DNA from: the human T2T-CHM13v2.0 reference genome, Homo sapiens
Strand: one strand, 5' to 3'
Length of the DNA stretch: 64,000 bases
Assembly: GCF_009914755.1 (NCBI RefSeq)
Contig: NC_060925.1
Shown here: positions 27,553 through 41,248 of the stretch, piece after piece
How the letters are laid out: each line of letters opens with the position of its first letter
Position numbering within the stretch: position 1 is the stretch's first letter
Position numbers and translations under genes: made by a program
The notes under the pieces: generated by a model
Database searches by the model: none
What the model saw: only the letters and a program-made list of their open reading frames with translations
What the model was told of the DNA's origin: nothing

Positions 27553-28550
27553 ATTTTTAATTGAATATTCAAATATAGAAAAATGCATAGTTGTAAGTAT
27601 AAAGTTTAATGATTATGACAAACATATACAATTGTGTAATCAATACCCAAATCAACATATAGAATATTTCATCATTCCAGAAAGCCCCCTGTGCCTTATT
27701 CCAGCCCACTCTTCTGATTTCAATCATCATGAATAATTTTGCCTGTTCATGAACTTTATATAAATGGAATCATATACTATGTACCCTTCACTCTGCATGT
27801 TTCTGAGATTCATGTGCTATCAGTTGATTCCTTTTTATTACTAAGTGGTACTCCATTCTATGAATATACCATACTTTGTTTATGTATTTTTCTGTTAATT
27901 AATGTTTTAGTTGTTTCCAGTTTTTTGTTTTATGAGTAAAACTATTATAAATATTTGTATACAAGTCCTTATGTGGATATATATTTTAATTTATTCTGGG
28001 TTATGAGTAAAATTTCTGGGTCATAGAATAAGTACATTGTCCAAATTTGTAAGAAAATGTCAATACATTTTCTAGAGCATTCCACAATTTTTACAATCTC
28101 ATCAGCAATTTCTAGAGTTTAATTGCTTCCCATGGTCTCCAATATTTGGTGTTTGGGCTTATTTGCCATCTTAGTAGGTATAAAGCAGTTTCTTAATTGG
28201 CATTTTTCTGATGATTAGTAATGCAGAACATTTTTAAAGTGTTTATTGAGTATTTGTATCTCTTTGTATCTCTTCAATCTTTTGCTTAATATTTAAAACA
28301 TTGGTTTGTCTTTTTAATAATTGAATTTGTAGGAGCACTTTATATTCTGTAGTTATAAGTTATAGTTCAGATATATGTAATTGTAAATATTCCTCTCATT
28401 CTGTGTCTAGCATTTCAATCTTCTGAAAGATTTTTTTTTATAAGCAGAAAATTTTATAGATTTTGATGAAGTTAACTTTATCAGTGGATTGTCCTAGAGA
28501 AATCTTGGCCTAGTTAAGCCTTCAAAGATACCGTCCTATGTTTTTTCCTA
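27553..28550 (-). mobile_element. Old L1M (L1MC/ME-like) fragment
   Basis: T-rich antisense L1 motifs 'ttttgcctgttcatgaactttatataaatggaatcata' and 'gttgtttccagtttttt', 'catttttctgatgattagtaatg'. Confidence 0.7.
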
Positions 28551-28854
28551 AGTAAGTCTTAAATTTAACAACAGACAGCCTAGAACTCTAGCCCAGAATA
28601 TAGCCTCAGCTAAAGGCTGAGATGTCCAATGAAGTGAACTTACAAAGAGAATCCTGAGGATTCAGTAGCTCTGTGGGTCCTGAGCATTGGAGTATCATCC
28701 TTCACAGCATGACAAGTGTGAGGAGTTTCAAGGCCTTAATTTTGGTGTTATTTTTGGAGATGATGTGGGTTTCTGTAGTTCTGGCTTTCTCTAGGATCAG
28801 AGTCATGCTTTGTAGCAAAGGCTGCCAAGCTAAACTTTTCTCTGGGTGAGAAAG

Positions 28855-28872
28855 CACGTGTTTACCCACGTG
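28855..28872. promoter_or_regulatory. Tandem canonical E-boxes, CACGTG-N6-CACGTG
   Basis: cacgtg-tttacc-cacgtg seen directly; function inferred only. Confidence 0.4.
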
Positions 28873-29785
28873 CAGAGCTGAGCGCCAGTGTCTTGCTGTA
28901 ATTGCATCTGTAAAACCTCTTCCTCAAATATTACTCTTTGCCTCTGTGGAAAAACAGCATTTTTAGCAGAAAGGACAAGTGGGCAAAAGGTTTCTCCCGC
29001 ACCACCAGAGGGGTAGCATTTAAAAATGGAAGTGGCTTGTGTAACCTACTTTTCCTTGGTTTTAAAATAACAGCTCACAGATTTGCATTTGTTTTTAGTT
29101 ATTGGCCCTGTGACCCCTGCTTCTGTTTGACTTGATAAATTCCATCTCGCCTTCCACAGGCAACCATTCAATCCTGAACTTTTCCTGATGTGTTTCATCA
29201 ATCTAATTTTAGGTAAGTTACCAGTTTTCTATACTGGGAATTTTGCATTAAGAAGAAGAAAAGTATTTGTCAGTAGTATTTTATTCCTGGATCTCTCATT
29301 TTAAATTATTTTTATAGCTGTCTGATATAATTACTATGCATAATTAGGCAGTGTATAGAATACAATACAGAGGTCCTGGCAATTCTCTATAAAAGTGATT
29401 CTTTCCATTTTTTTGTTGTTATTCTGTAGCCAACTCTGAGTTAAAACACAACAAAAGATAAATCTTGTAGACTATCTATTTTGCCCACTTAAACACACGT
29501 TTACATATACAAATGTGTATGTGGCATGAATTTCATGAGAAAAAATAAAGGAAAAATCACTGTTTGAAAACAAAGAAATGACTAAGTAAATTGAGAATTA
29601 TTTCCAGAAACACAAGAACAAGCATCATTACATTATTTTCATTGATGAGAAAAAGAATAGCTCCATAGAAAGGTTTTAGGATCCCTAACAAAATTCTGGT
29701 GAATACATGACATGTAGATGGAAATCAATACGCATATACTATACAAACACTAAGTAGGCACATTTTTGTTACTTTTCCCAAAATA

Positions 29786-31059
29786 TTAGGTTAGTGAAAA
29801 AGTAATTGCAGTTCTGGACTGTGAGGTTTAAATCATTACAACTAGGCTCAAATACATCTTTATTAATCAAAATAGGAATTACTACTATCAACATATTTTT
29901 TGCTAATGAGAAATAAGTTTGCTCATTCCTGTAGAATAAAAATCCATACTTTGTGATTCAGCAAACTTTTGGGAAGCATTTTCTGCACCCTGCTGGTTGT
30001 GAAAGCGTTTTTCCTGCAAAAAGTTGTTGAGATGCTTGAAGTGGTAGTCAGCTGGCAAGAGGTCAGGTGAATATGGTGGATGAGGCGAAACTTTGTAGCC
30101 CAATTCATTCAACTTTTGAAGAACTAGCTGTGCAACGTGCAGTCAGGCATTGTCGTGGAGAGGAATTGGGTCCTTGGTGTTGACCAACGCCGGCTGCAGG
30201 CATTGCAGTTGTTGGTGCATCTCATCGATTTGCTGAGCAGACTTCTCAGATGTGATGGTTTCGCCAGGATTCAGAAAGTTCTAGTGGATCACACTGGCTG
30301 CAGACCACCAAACAGTGACCATGACCATTTTTTGGTGCAATTTTGGCTTTGGGAAGTGCTTTGGAGCTTTGTCTAAGTCCAACCACTGAGCTAGTCATCG
30401 CTAGTTGTCATAAAAAATCCACTTTTCATTGCACATCACAATTCGATGGAGACATGGTTCCTTGTTGTCGTGTAGAATAAGAGAAGACAACACTTCAAAA
30501 TGATATTTTTAATTTTTACTCAGCTCATGATGCACCCACTTATCGAGCTTTTTCACCTTTCCAATTTTCTTCAAATGCTGAACAACTATAGAATGGTCGA
30601 CCCTGAGTTCTCTGGCAGCTTCTCCTGTTGTTGTAAGAGGATCAGCTTCAACGATTGCTCACAATTGGTCGTTGTCAACTTCCGATGGTTAGTCACTATG
30701 CTCCTTATCTTCAAGGATCTGCTCTCCTTTGCAAAACGTCTTAAACCACCACTACACTGTACATTCATTAGCAGTGCCTGGGCCAAATGGATAGTTGATG
30801 TTGCCAGCTGTCTCCTCTGCTTTATGACCCATTTAGAACTGGGATAAGAAAATTGCTCAAATTTACTTTTTGTCTAACATTATTTCCATAGGCTAAAATA
30901 AATATAAAATAAGTAGCAAGTAAGTCATTAGCAAAAAAAAAGCAAGAAATGCACATTAAAATGATGTATAACATAACCACATTTATTAAGAATGTATTCC
31001 AATATCAAATGGCAAATTTCAACAATGCAAAAACTGCAATTATGCTTGCACCAACCTAA
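29786..31059 (-). mobile_element. Hsmar1 mariner transposon, near full length (1274 bp)
   Basis: Both TIRs match TTAGGTTGGTGCAAAAGTAATTGCGGTT (3 and 4 mismatches); TA on both flanks (29784-85, 31060-61). Confidence 0.93.
29863..30889 (-). pseudogene. Degenerate Hsmar1 DD34D transposase
   Basis: Begins MEIMLDKK* (early stop); motifs RIVMCNEKW (first catalytic D changed to N), LHDNA, PHPPYSPDLLPADYH, ends YFD*; 1027 bp is not a multiple of 3. Confidence 0.9.
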
Positions 31060-31414
31060 TATAAGTGTTCATCAATTTTTTTAATTGCAAAAGTATTCGT
31101 GCATATTGTAACATTTCAAGCAATTCAGAAATACTTACAAAAACAGTGGCTCTTTTCCTCAGTAGTCCCACCCCTGAGGAAAATAATATCAATTGCCTGA
31201 CTGTCTGGTGTACATCCCTTTACATAAACATATAAAATCATGTACATGCATAATTTATCATATTTTGCTTTTTATTCAAAACATAAAGTGAATCATACTG
31301 CGTATTACCCCAAAATTTGTTTTTGTCATTTATTAATTCACAAAAGGCATTTTCTGGTTCAATATATATATTTGAATTATTCCTTTTAATGGCAACATAA
31401 ATGAATTTACTCAC

Positions 31415-31773
31415 TGCATTAAGTCTGCTAGAGATGTCATAACAAAATATCCCAGACTAGGTGGTTTAAAGAGCATAAATTTATTTTCTGACAGTTCTAG
31501 AGGCTGGAAGTCTAAGATCAAGGTGCTGGTGGGGTTGGTTTCTGGTGAGGGCTCTCTTCTTGGCTTGCAGATGGCTACCTTTACTCTGTGTATGCACGTT
31601 ACTGGTATCTCTTCCTCTTCTTATGAGGGCATCAGTCCTACTGGATTACAGCCTCAGCCTATGACCTCATTTATCTTTAATTTACCTCCTTAAAGGCTCT
31701 ATCTCCATAAATAGTCACACTGTGGGGTAAGGCTCAACCTATGAGTTTTGGGAAAGACAATTCAGCCCATAAC
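31415..31773 (-). mobile_element. MLT1A-type MaLR solo LTR
   Basis: 'ataacaaaatatcccagactaggtgg...ggctggaagtctaagatcaaggtg...caattcagcccataaca'. Confidence 0.8.
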
Positions 31774-32064
31774 ACTGACCAATTCCTCTATTAATTGGCA
31801 CATAAAGTTTGTTTGTTGATCAATTTAACTACACCTTTCAAAATAACCTTAATTTTTGTAAAGATGATTTGCATACATCATATATATGTAACAGAAGAAA
31901 AAATGCAATGCATAGAGGGAAATGTAATTCCCCAAATTCCTTCATGCCAAACAAATCACTGTTAACATCTGGTAAACATTCTACGTAGCTATATGTAAAT
32001 AGACAGAAGGACAGATAGGTAAGTAAGTAGGTGGAACAATACATAGATATGAGATAAATTCTTT

Positions 32065-32357
32065 TCTTGGTGAAGGAGGTGTCAGTGAGTTCTACTCTAT
32101 TAGTTCCTACAAGAGCTGATTGTTAAAAAGAGCCTGGCAACTCCCCACCCTTGCTTCCTCTCTCACCATGTTATCTATGCTCACACCAGCTCCCCTACAC
32201 ATTCTACCAGGAGTGGAAGCAGCCTGAAGCCTCACCAGATGCAGAAGCCAATCTTAAACTTTTTAGCCATCAGAATCATGTACTGAACAAGCCTATTTCT
32301 TTTTAAATTACCCAGTCTCAGGTATTCATTTACAGCAACACAAAACAGACTAAGACA
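32065..32357 (+). mobile_element. MSTB-type LTR, 3' part
   Basis: 'gagtggaagcagcctgaagcctcaccagatgcaga...acccagtctcaggtattc...aaacagactaagaca'. Confidence 0.8.
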
Positions 32358-32689
32358 CCTTCTACCTCTTGTTCCCTCTTCTCTTCTCATCCCCAAGGAG
32401 ACACTGATCCACATCATGTTACTATAGATTCATTTGCATTTTCTAGAAATTTACAAAAGGAAATCATAGTGTGTACGCTTTTTTCCCTAGACTTCAAAAC
32501 TCGGAATAATTATTTTGAGAGTTAAACAGCTAGCTGCAGGTATCAATAGTCGGCTCATTTTTATTGTTGAATTGTATTTAACTGTATAGATATAACACAA
32601 TTTATTTATACAACTATCTTTTGATAGGCAGCTGGATTGTTTTCATTTTCAATTTTTGACTATCACAAGTAAATATTTGTGTACAAGTC

Positions 32690-32975
32690 TTTTTTTTTCA
32701 GAGTCTCACTCTGTCGCCCAGGCTGGAGTGCAGTGGCACGATCTCAGCTCACTGCAATCACCGCCTCCTGGGTTCAAGCAATACTCTGCCTCAGCCTCCT
32801 GAGCAGCTGGGATTACAGGTGCCTGCCACCACACCAGGCTAATTTTTGTATTTTTAGTAGAGACGGGGTTTCACCATCTTGGCCAGGCTGGTCTTGAACT
32901 CCTGACCTCAGGTGATCCACCCACCTCGGCCTCCCAAAGTGCTGGGATTATAGGCATAAGCCACCACACCCGGCC
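32690..32975 (-). mobile_element. AluS (Sx/Sq-like)
   Basis: Full body; perfect 15-bp TSD tgtgtacaagtcttt. Confidence 0.95.
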
Positions 32976-34099
32976 TGTGTACAAGTCTTTGTATGGATAT
33001 GTGCTTTCAATTTCTCTTGAGTAAGTTTAAGGAGTGCAGTGTGATAGGATCACATGGAAGGTGTGTGTTTGATGTTTTAAGAAACTGCTGAACTGTTTTT
33101 CAAAGTGGTTGTACCATTCTGACCAGTAATGCATAAGAAATCCAGTTCTGTCATATTTTTACCTTTATGGATGGGGGTAGTCTTTTTAAATTTAGCCTTT
33201 CTATACAGGAGTGTAATGATTACTCATTATGGTTTTAGTTTGAATTTCCTTAATGACTAGTAATGTTGAGCATATTTCAAGTGCTTATTTAACATCCATA
33301 TATCCTCTTTTGGGACATGTCTGTTCAAATTGTTTGCCCATTTAAAAGATTGAGCCTTTAATTTTCTTATTATTGAGTTTTGAACATTCTTCACATATTT
33401 TAGGAATAAGTCCTTTATCATATGCAAATAATTTCTGTCTGTGGCTAGTCTCTTGATTCTTTTAATAGTGTCTTTTAAAGAGCAGAAGTCTTAAATTTTG
33501 GTGAAGTCTAATTTATTGTGTTTTATGAATTGTACATTGTCATATCTAAGAAATCTGCCTAATCCAATATCACAAAGAGCTTTTCCTATGTTTTTATCTA
33601 GAGTTTTATAATTTTATGCATTACATTTAGATCTCTTATCCCTTTTGAGTTAATTTTTGTGAACGGTGTTTGGTGTGGACTGGAGTTCAATTTTTTTGTC
33701 TGTGTGTATCCAATCGACCTAGCCTTGTTTTTTGAAAAGACTATATGTTCTTCACTGAATCACCTTTGCCCCTTTGTCAAAAATCTCTTGTCTATATACA
33801 TGTGTGGGCCTATTTCTAGAATCTATTTTGTGTCACTGATCTAATTCTCTGTTATTTTACCTGTATCACACTGTCTTTATTACTGTAGCTTTATTCATAA
33901 TAAATCTTACAATCAGGTAAGATTAGTCTTTCACCTCTTTTAAAAACACTGTTTTGGCTATTATAATATGAATTTTGAAAGAGTGCATTTCTACAAAAAA
34001 AGTTTCAACTGGGATTTCATTGAATCTAAGACCATTTTGAGGAGAGTTGTCATTTTAACAATATTATGTTTTCTAACCTTTGAACAAGGTATATCTGTC

Positions 34100-34175
34100 T
34101 GTATTAGGGTTCTCCAAAGAAACAGAACCAATACAATGTCTCTCTCTGTCTCTCTGTCTCTCTGTGTGTGTGTGT

Positions 34176-34218
<43 letters not shown>

Positions 34219-34640
34219 GGTACATATAGACAAAAACAGAGAGAGAGGGTGAGGGAGAGATTTATTATAAAAAATTGGCTTACGTGATTATGAAGGCTGG
34301 CAAGTCCAAAATTTGCAGGGTGGATCCACATGCTGGAGACCCAGGAGAGCCAGTGCTGCAATTCCAGCCTCAAGAATGTTTACTGTAACACCAGAAAGAA
34401 CCTATGTTGCACATGAAGTCTGAAGGCAGTCAAGTAGAGGATTTTCTCTTGCTCAGGGAAGAAGTCTTTCAACTGACTGGGTGAGGCCCACCCACATTAG
34501 GGAAGGCAATCTGTTTGATTTGGTGTACAAATTTAACTGTTAATCTCACCCAAAACAACCTTGCAGAAACATCCAGAATAATGTTTGATTTAATACCTGG
34601 GCACTCTGTGGCCCACCCAAGTTGACATATAGAACTAACA
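34100..34640 (-). mobile_element. MLT2 (ERVL) solo LTR with internal (TC)n(TG)n microsatellite
   Basis: 'tgtattagggttctccaaagaaacagaaccaata...gaggccccacccacatt...ccaagttgacata'; TG run at ~34163-34215. Confidence 0.85.
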
Positions 34641-35263
34641 TATTCTTCATATATTTAGAGTTTTGATTTCTTTCAGCAACGTTTCATCATTTTTGGTGTA
34701 CAGGTTTTATACATCTTTTGTCAAACTTCTCTCTAAATTTTCAAGTTTTTGATGCCATTGCAAATTGTATTTTTGTTTCAATTTCCAATAGTTTGTTCCT
34801 AGTATGTATAAATGCATTTGATTTTTAAAAAATAAGTATCCAGAAAACTTACTATACTGATTCCTTTAATGTCTGACTTATCAGGTCAAGGTCAAGTAGA
34901 TTTTTTGTAGATTCCATCACATGTACATAGAAAATCATGTATCCTGAATATAAAGACAGTTTTACTTCTTTTTTCCAATCTGAATTTCTTTAATTTCTAA
35001 GGAATGACAGAATAAATCCATTTCTACATCTTTAAATTCTTCTGTAAGTGGACTTTTGGTTAGTGTTCTGAAAAAGGTTGTGTAGATATTCTGTTTTCTT
35101 ATCTAAATTTTAAGCTGTGTGAAATAGGGCAGGAATATATATTCTTTTTCATTTAGAGTTCATCAAAGTTCTCTGTACAAGGCAGATGCTCAGTACCTTT
35201 ATGATGACCAACCAGCCTAGTCAGTATTGTGGAGAATACAAATGGGAGAACTCAATTGCAGGG

Positions 35264-35313
35264 TGCTAAATTAAATATAAGCAGTGTATGCTAAATTAAA
35301 TATAAGCAATGTA
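35264..35313. repeat. 25-bp tandem duplication
   Basis: tgctaaattaaatataagcagtgta / tgctaaattaaatataagcaatgta. Confidence 0.9.
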
Positions 35314-37744
35314 TTTTGTTTCTATTGAAAGCCACTTAAAAAAAACATTCTCAGTGAGAAACATCAATCTATCTTTTTCCATTAAATTTATAAAGTTACA
35401 AAACTGAAGAAACAATACATTTTATTCCACTTTGTTCTTCAGTTGCATGTACAAATCCCAGGAAATAACTGGAGAGCAAGAGCTATAATTCAAACAACTT
35501 TCCATCTTCTGGGCTATAACACGGTAGTGTTTAAGAACAGAAGCCTTGATTCTATGCTTGTGTTTAGAACCCCAGCTCTCTTACTAAATAACATTAATAT
35601 TTTGAGCAAGACAACTTTTATGTACCACAATTTTCCAATCTGTAAAATGGAAATAATAATACAATTTTACATTTAAATTGAGACTCAGTGTTCTGGCACA
35701 AGGATTATAGAAACAACTATAAAAATTTTAAAATATGTATGTTTCCAGTCTGAACATTTAGTAATATATTTATTTGCTCTGAAAAAAATTAATTTTATCT
35801 TCATTTTTTCTGTTTCTCTGTGGCATATGCATTTGTTTAAAGGCAGATCCAATTTCTTTCGGATGAAATAATTTTGCCTCAACTTTTAAGTATATGCAAG
35901 TCTCAAGTATCTTGTTTTACAAAAGCCTTTTTCTAAATTGTTTAGAAATTTGACACACAGCAACCTTATAAAACATTTAAAAACAGCTGTAATGTGCATA
36001 ATCTGTTCAATAAGTATAGTTGTTCAGATTATGTCAAAGGGAAGATTCAAACTGAAACTCCAATTTTTTTTTCATTATACTTTGTGGTCTAATTTTTCCG
36101 AAAATGCACACACACATACATACACATAACCCCGGCAGCTAGAAAAGGAACTCTTTTTTGTTTCAGGACTAAGATTTCTACAGAATCACATATATTCTTC
36201 AAGCTGTAGCATCTATCATGATTCATTACATTTTAGTTTTATGGGGCCATCTTTTCTAGTAGACCATGAACTCCCTGAAAATGAGTTTCAAGTCCTATTT
36301 ATTTTATATGCCAGTCGCATATTGGTGTTTCATAAAGGTTTGTTGCACTCAATTCTTACAAGATTTTGTTGTTTTCTTTGGAAGATGATAGGTGTCTGGG
36401 GGTGAGCTTGGAGAGAAACTTCCTTCTCTCTTCATGTCACTTCTCTGCCTTTATTTTCTATAATCTGATAGGTAAAGATAAAGTTCTACATTTGCTTTGT
36501 GGTGAGTCTTTCAGTGCACAAAGAATAAAGTCTGATCGATCTTAATTTTCAGATTACTTGGTGTGAGATGTATGTATCCATGATTAGGGATGTCACCTGA
36601 AGAACCAGTTCCTTGGCTGAGGAACAGGAAGAAGATTGAGCACATGTGGCAGTTTATTCTCTTTCCATTTATTCTCTTCACACCAACCAGCGTTGTTCCT
36701 GAAGCTCACATTTTAGGGGATCAAGCATGGGAGTGTGTGTGGGGTGGGGACTGTGGTCAGAGGCAGGTCCATGAAATGAGAGTCAAGATAAAGGGGAAAG
36801 AGAAAATCTGAACTTGAATCAGCTCATAATGAAATGTAATAGTGCCTCTGTCATCCTGTTGCAGGGCTTGTTCCTGGAAATCCTTTTAATGCAGCCCCCA
36901 CAATGATGAATAAATGATATGATGGGTCAAAGTCTGGCTCATTAATATGAACAGTCATAATTGCATTAAATTAAGAGGAAACATGAGAGTTGATGTTTCC
37001 TAAGGCTTGGACAGGTCGGGATAGGGCAGAAGCATGAAGGGAAATGTTCCCTGGCCCATTCTGAAGGCCAGACCATGCTGAGACTGGTGCTCCTCAAAAC
37101 AGACCCTAACGAAGTTACCATAGTAAAGAAATGGTGTCATTGCCAAAATAGTAGTCATGGGCTTAATTTCAGAGATTAGGGCTTGCATTGAACAGAGGGG
37201 AAAGTCACTTGGTAGACTTGGGCACTCTGGATGGTCAAGAGAAAAAGGGCCAAACAAGAGCAGCAGATGTGGCTGGCTCAGGCATTTTACTGCTTCCCAA
37301 TCATATGCTCACTTCCTGTTGTAGCCCTGGGTGCATTTTCTACTAGTATTAAGGTTAACAGGACTTAAATAGCCCAGATATTCTACAAGTATTAAGGAAA
37401 TGCATTCACAGTTATAAATTCAACAGCTACAAGAGGACTAATGTAACTCTTGCCACTTTTATCCTAGTAACCTGGCATAGACATATCAATACAATGTGAT
37501 ATACCTAAGACTGAATACCATGAGTGTATTTTATTTCAAGGGTAACAGGACCCTAAGTGTATGCCATTGGCAACCTAAACATGCCCCTGTATAGCACATT
37601 TCTTACCCATGCATAAAAAGCCAGAATAGTTGTGGGCATATGAACGTGAATATTACTGCTAATATGTCCATGGATGTGCTTATTAATGCTGATGTTATCT
37701 AATTTACACCTAATAAATAAACATATTCTTTATGAAATGGAGAA

Positions 37745-38052
37745 AGATGTTCTCTTGCCCTCTTTTCTCCACCTTGGACGCCAGCAATTGAATCACTCTG
37801 ACCTTCTTTTGTCAACAAATCTCCTTCTCTGATTCTGACTCTGACTCTCTTTTCCACTTTTAAGGACTCTTGCGATGACATTGGGCCCATCCACACAATT
37901 GAGGATGAACACCCTATTTTAAGGTCAAGCAATCAGCAACCTTGAATCCATCTGCAAACTTAATTTCCCTTTGCCATGTAATGTACCATATACACCGATT
38001 CTGAGGATTAGGAGGGAGACACCTTCGGGGGACCATGATTCTTCCTACCATA
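37745..38052 (-). mobile_element. MLT1C/D-type LTR fragment
   Basis: 'taaggactcttgcgatgacattgggccca...ggattaggagggagacacc...attcttcctacca'. Confidence 0.7.
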
Positions 38053-38389
38053 CTCTGGATATTAGCAGGAGGGGTTTTTGTGATCTAGGCAGGCATTCTA
38101 GCTCTTTCTCAATCCTTGATTATGCTGTTTAAACAGAGGATTCCTCTCTCTTTGAATACCTAACTGATTGTAGTCTTCAGTTTTATTTGATGCAGACTGC
38201 AATGGATTGGGGAGGGGGGTGGTGGTAATGCACATGATGGGAAGGTGGCTACTATAAAAACTATGCAAATTATGAAATTGTTATAGTAACTACTTTTCAA
38301 CCCAAAGCAAAATAAAATAAAACATTTTCTTATATTGGTAGCTTTGCATGGTAGTTAGTCCCTCAAAATTCTTAATTCTGATATTTTAA

Positions 38390-38737
<348 letters not shown>

Positions 38738-39201
38738 ACTCATCTCTATTTTTAAGGATAAGACTACCATAAATATTCCACTCTTAATCCTGGAACAGAT
38801 ACAGTTTGGCTTTTTAAAGGAGTACAGCAATTCTCAGCAGACTATAAGCTGACTTGAGGTAGAATGACATTCTCTCTCTTAACCCTGTTTTATTTACCCC
38901 TTTGCAAGTGATACTCAGACTGTTCCCTGGAGCGGGTAAATCCCTGCAACCCCTACCACCAACTCTGGCCTCTCTGTTCCACAGCATAAAGCCCTGTGTG
39001 TGAAAGCTCACAAAATTTTGCTCTGGAAGGGGCCATGGACGTTATTTAGGTAAGTACAAGAGGGCCCTGGAGGAAGAAGGTGAAAAGAAATCTTCTTGCA
39101 GGATTATGCTGAGCAGTGGGACTCCACGGCCCATGCCATAGGGGCTCATTCCATTGTCTCCTTGTCTTACTTTTATTTAAAGAGGTCATCATAAAAAGTG
39201 G

Positions 39202-39554
39202 TATTTTAGTCCATTTGGGTAGCTATAACAAAATTAGCTTAGACTGAGCAATTTGTAAATCATAGACATTTATTTCTCACAGTCCCAGAGGCTGGGAAGT
39301 CCAAGACAAGAGCACCAGCAGATTCAGTGTCTGGTAAGGGGCTGCTATTTGCTTCCAAAATAGCACCTCTTGCTGAGTTCTCACATGGCTGAAGAGCAAG
39401 GCAGCTCCCTTCAGTCTCTTTTATAAGGGTACTAATCCCACTCATGGTGTTGGAGTCCTCATGACTTAAGTACTTCCTAAAAGACCCCGCTTTCTAATAC
39501 TATTAGTTTCCACCATATGAATTTTGGGGCAAAACTGATATTCAGACCATAGCA
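39202..39554 (-). mobile_element. MST (MSTC/D-like) MaLR solo LTR
   Basis: 'ttagtccatttggg..gctataacaaaa...ggctgggaagtccaaga...ttcagaccatagca'; 5-bp TSD agtgg/ggtgg. Confidence 0.8.
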
Positions 39555-40464
39555 GGTGGTTTTAATTTCACATCCCCTAAGAGGTTTGTAATGTAAGATA
39601 AGAAAGGGTGAAAAATTGCTGATTTGGTCTAATCCCATCATTCTGAAAAAGCTTCAGCCTTAAAGACAACACTTAACGAAAGTAACCAAGGTAATAGGTA
39701 GCAACGGCAGATACTCAGGCTCATACACATTTCTCTGCAATGAGAAAGTAGCACCCCTTTTTCCTAGTGCTTTTTCTCCTTAAAGTATGCTTCCTCCCCT
39801 GCTGATGATTTCTTAAGACATGGGAATATAAGCAAATTGTTCAATGGAAAGTCATAAAATATTTAGAGCCTCTTATTAACTATGTGTTCCACATTTGTAT
39901 ATTTTAATTATTTTTACAATGTAAGAAACTTTATAAGAAAAGCCAGGAATTCCTGCAATTTGTTTTTGACTCATTTTTTCTAAGAGTTTTAAACATACAT
40001 TTTTAAAACATTTTTAAACTTTTACTTAAAAAAGTAAACTCTGTTCTTTTCCTGGACATACAAGAAAAGTAACTTACTGAAGAGTATATGAAACAATATC
40101 TCAGGTCCATAACGAAAAACAGAAAACTGACTTTTCAAGTCCTTGTGGGTAGTTATCAAAATAAAATATAGCATTTTACTAAGTATTCACCATAAAATAT
40201 GTTTATCACAATGCTGTTGTAATTTTTATATTCTCAACATTTACTTAAAGCAGAATATATTGTAATGTCAACATTAAAGTGCTCAGTTGAAACCGTCCTT
40301 TCTTTTCTCTAGTGTGCCTCAGTTGAGACCTATATGAAAGTAATACATGTACTCATCTTCATAGGCTTAGTTCCATCTGAGAAGCTTTTGCTGTTTTCTC
40401 TCCTGCTCTCTGCTTGCATCTTCATGGTGATATGTTACTTGTCTAGTCTTACCTTAATTTAGAT

Positions 40465-40515
40465 AGCCATTGGCAAACTATGTTCCACAGGCCAAACCCA
40501 GTCCATAAAGTGTTT
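40465..40515 (+). mobile_element. MER58 5' part, split by the L1 insertion
   Basis: 'ttggcaaactatgttccacaggccaaaccc' matches the MER58 left end. Confidence 0.65.
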
Positions 40516-40954
40516 GTTATTTTATTTTTATTCTATGTGGTTTGTTTATAATTTTTTCTTTCAACTTTTATTTATATTCAGGAGGTATATGTGTAGATTT
40601 GTTACATGAGTAAATTGCATATCACTGGGGTTTGGTATACAAATGATTTTGTCACCCAGACAGTGAGCATAATACCTGATAGGTAGTTTTTCAACCCTTA
40701 CCTCCTTCTCATCCTCCACCCTCAAGAAGACACTGGTGTCTACTGTTCTGCTCTTTGTGTCCATGTGTAGTCAAGGTTTAGCTCCCACTTATAAGTGAGA
40801 ACATGGAACATGTGGTATTTTGTTTTCTGTTCTTGTGTTAGTCCACTTTCGATAATGGCCTCCAGCTACATCTATATTGCTGCAAATGACATTATTTTAT
40901 CCTTTTTTTTTATGGCTGTGTGTATTCCATGGTCTATATGTACCACATTTCCTT

Positions 40955-41248
40955 TCTTTTTTTTTTTTTTTTTTTTTGAGATGGAGTCTTGCTCTGTCAC
41001 CCAGGCTGAAGTGCAGTGGCGTGATCTTGCAGTGGCTCACTGCAACCTGTGCCTCCTGGATTAAAGTGATTCTCCTCCCTCAGCCTCTCGAATAGTTGGG
41101 ACTACAGGCATGCACCACCACACCCGGCTCATTTTTGTATTTTTGGTAGAGACAAGATTTCACCATGTTGGCCAGGCTGGTCAAGTGATTCACCAGCCTT
41201 GGTCTTCCAAAGTTTTGGGATTACAGGCGTGAGCCACCACACCCAGCC
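40955..41248 (-). mobile_element. Alu (J/S) within the L1
   Basis: TSD ccacatttcctt / ccacattttctt; small internal deletion and a tgcagtggc duplication. Confidence 0.92.

Larger units (their letters stand above)
32360..35000 (-). mobile_element. Old L1M (L1MB/MC-like) interrupted by an Alu and an MLT2
   Basis: Antisense L1 motifs 'aagaaactgctgaactgtttttcaaagtggttgtaccatt', 'ttttgagttaatttttgt', 'aaagacagttttacttcttttttccaatc'. Confidence 0.75.

Noticed and set aside
29002-29018. CTCF site as a firm feature
   Set aside because: ccaccagaggggtag has G where the core consensus has a near-invariant C, so it is kept only as a weak note.
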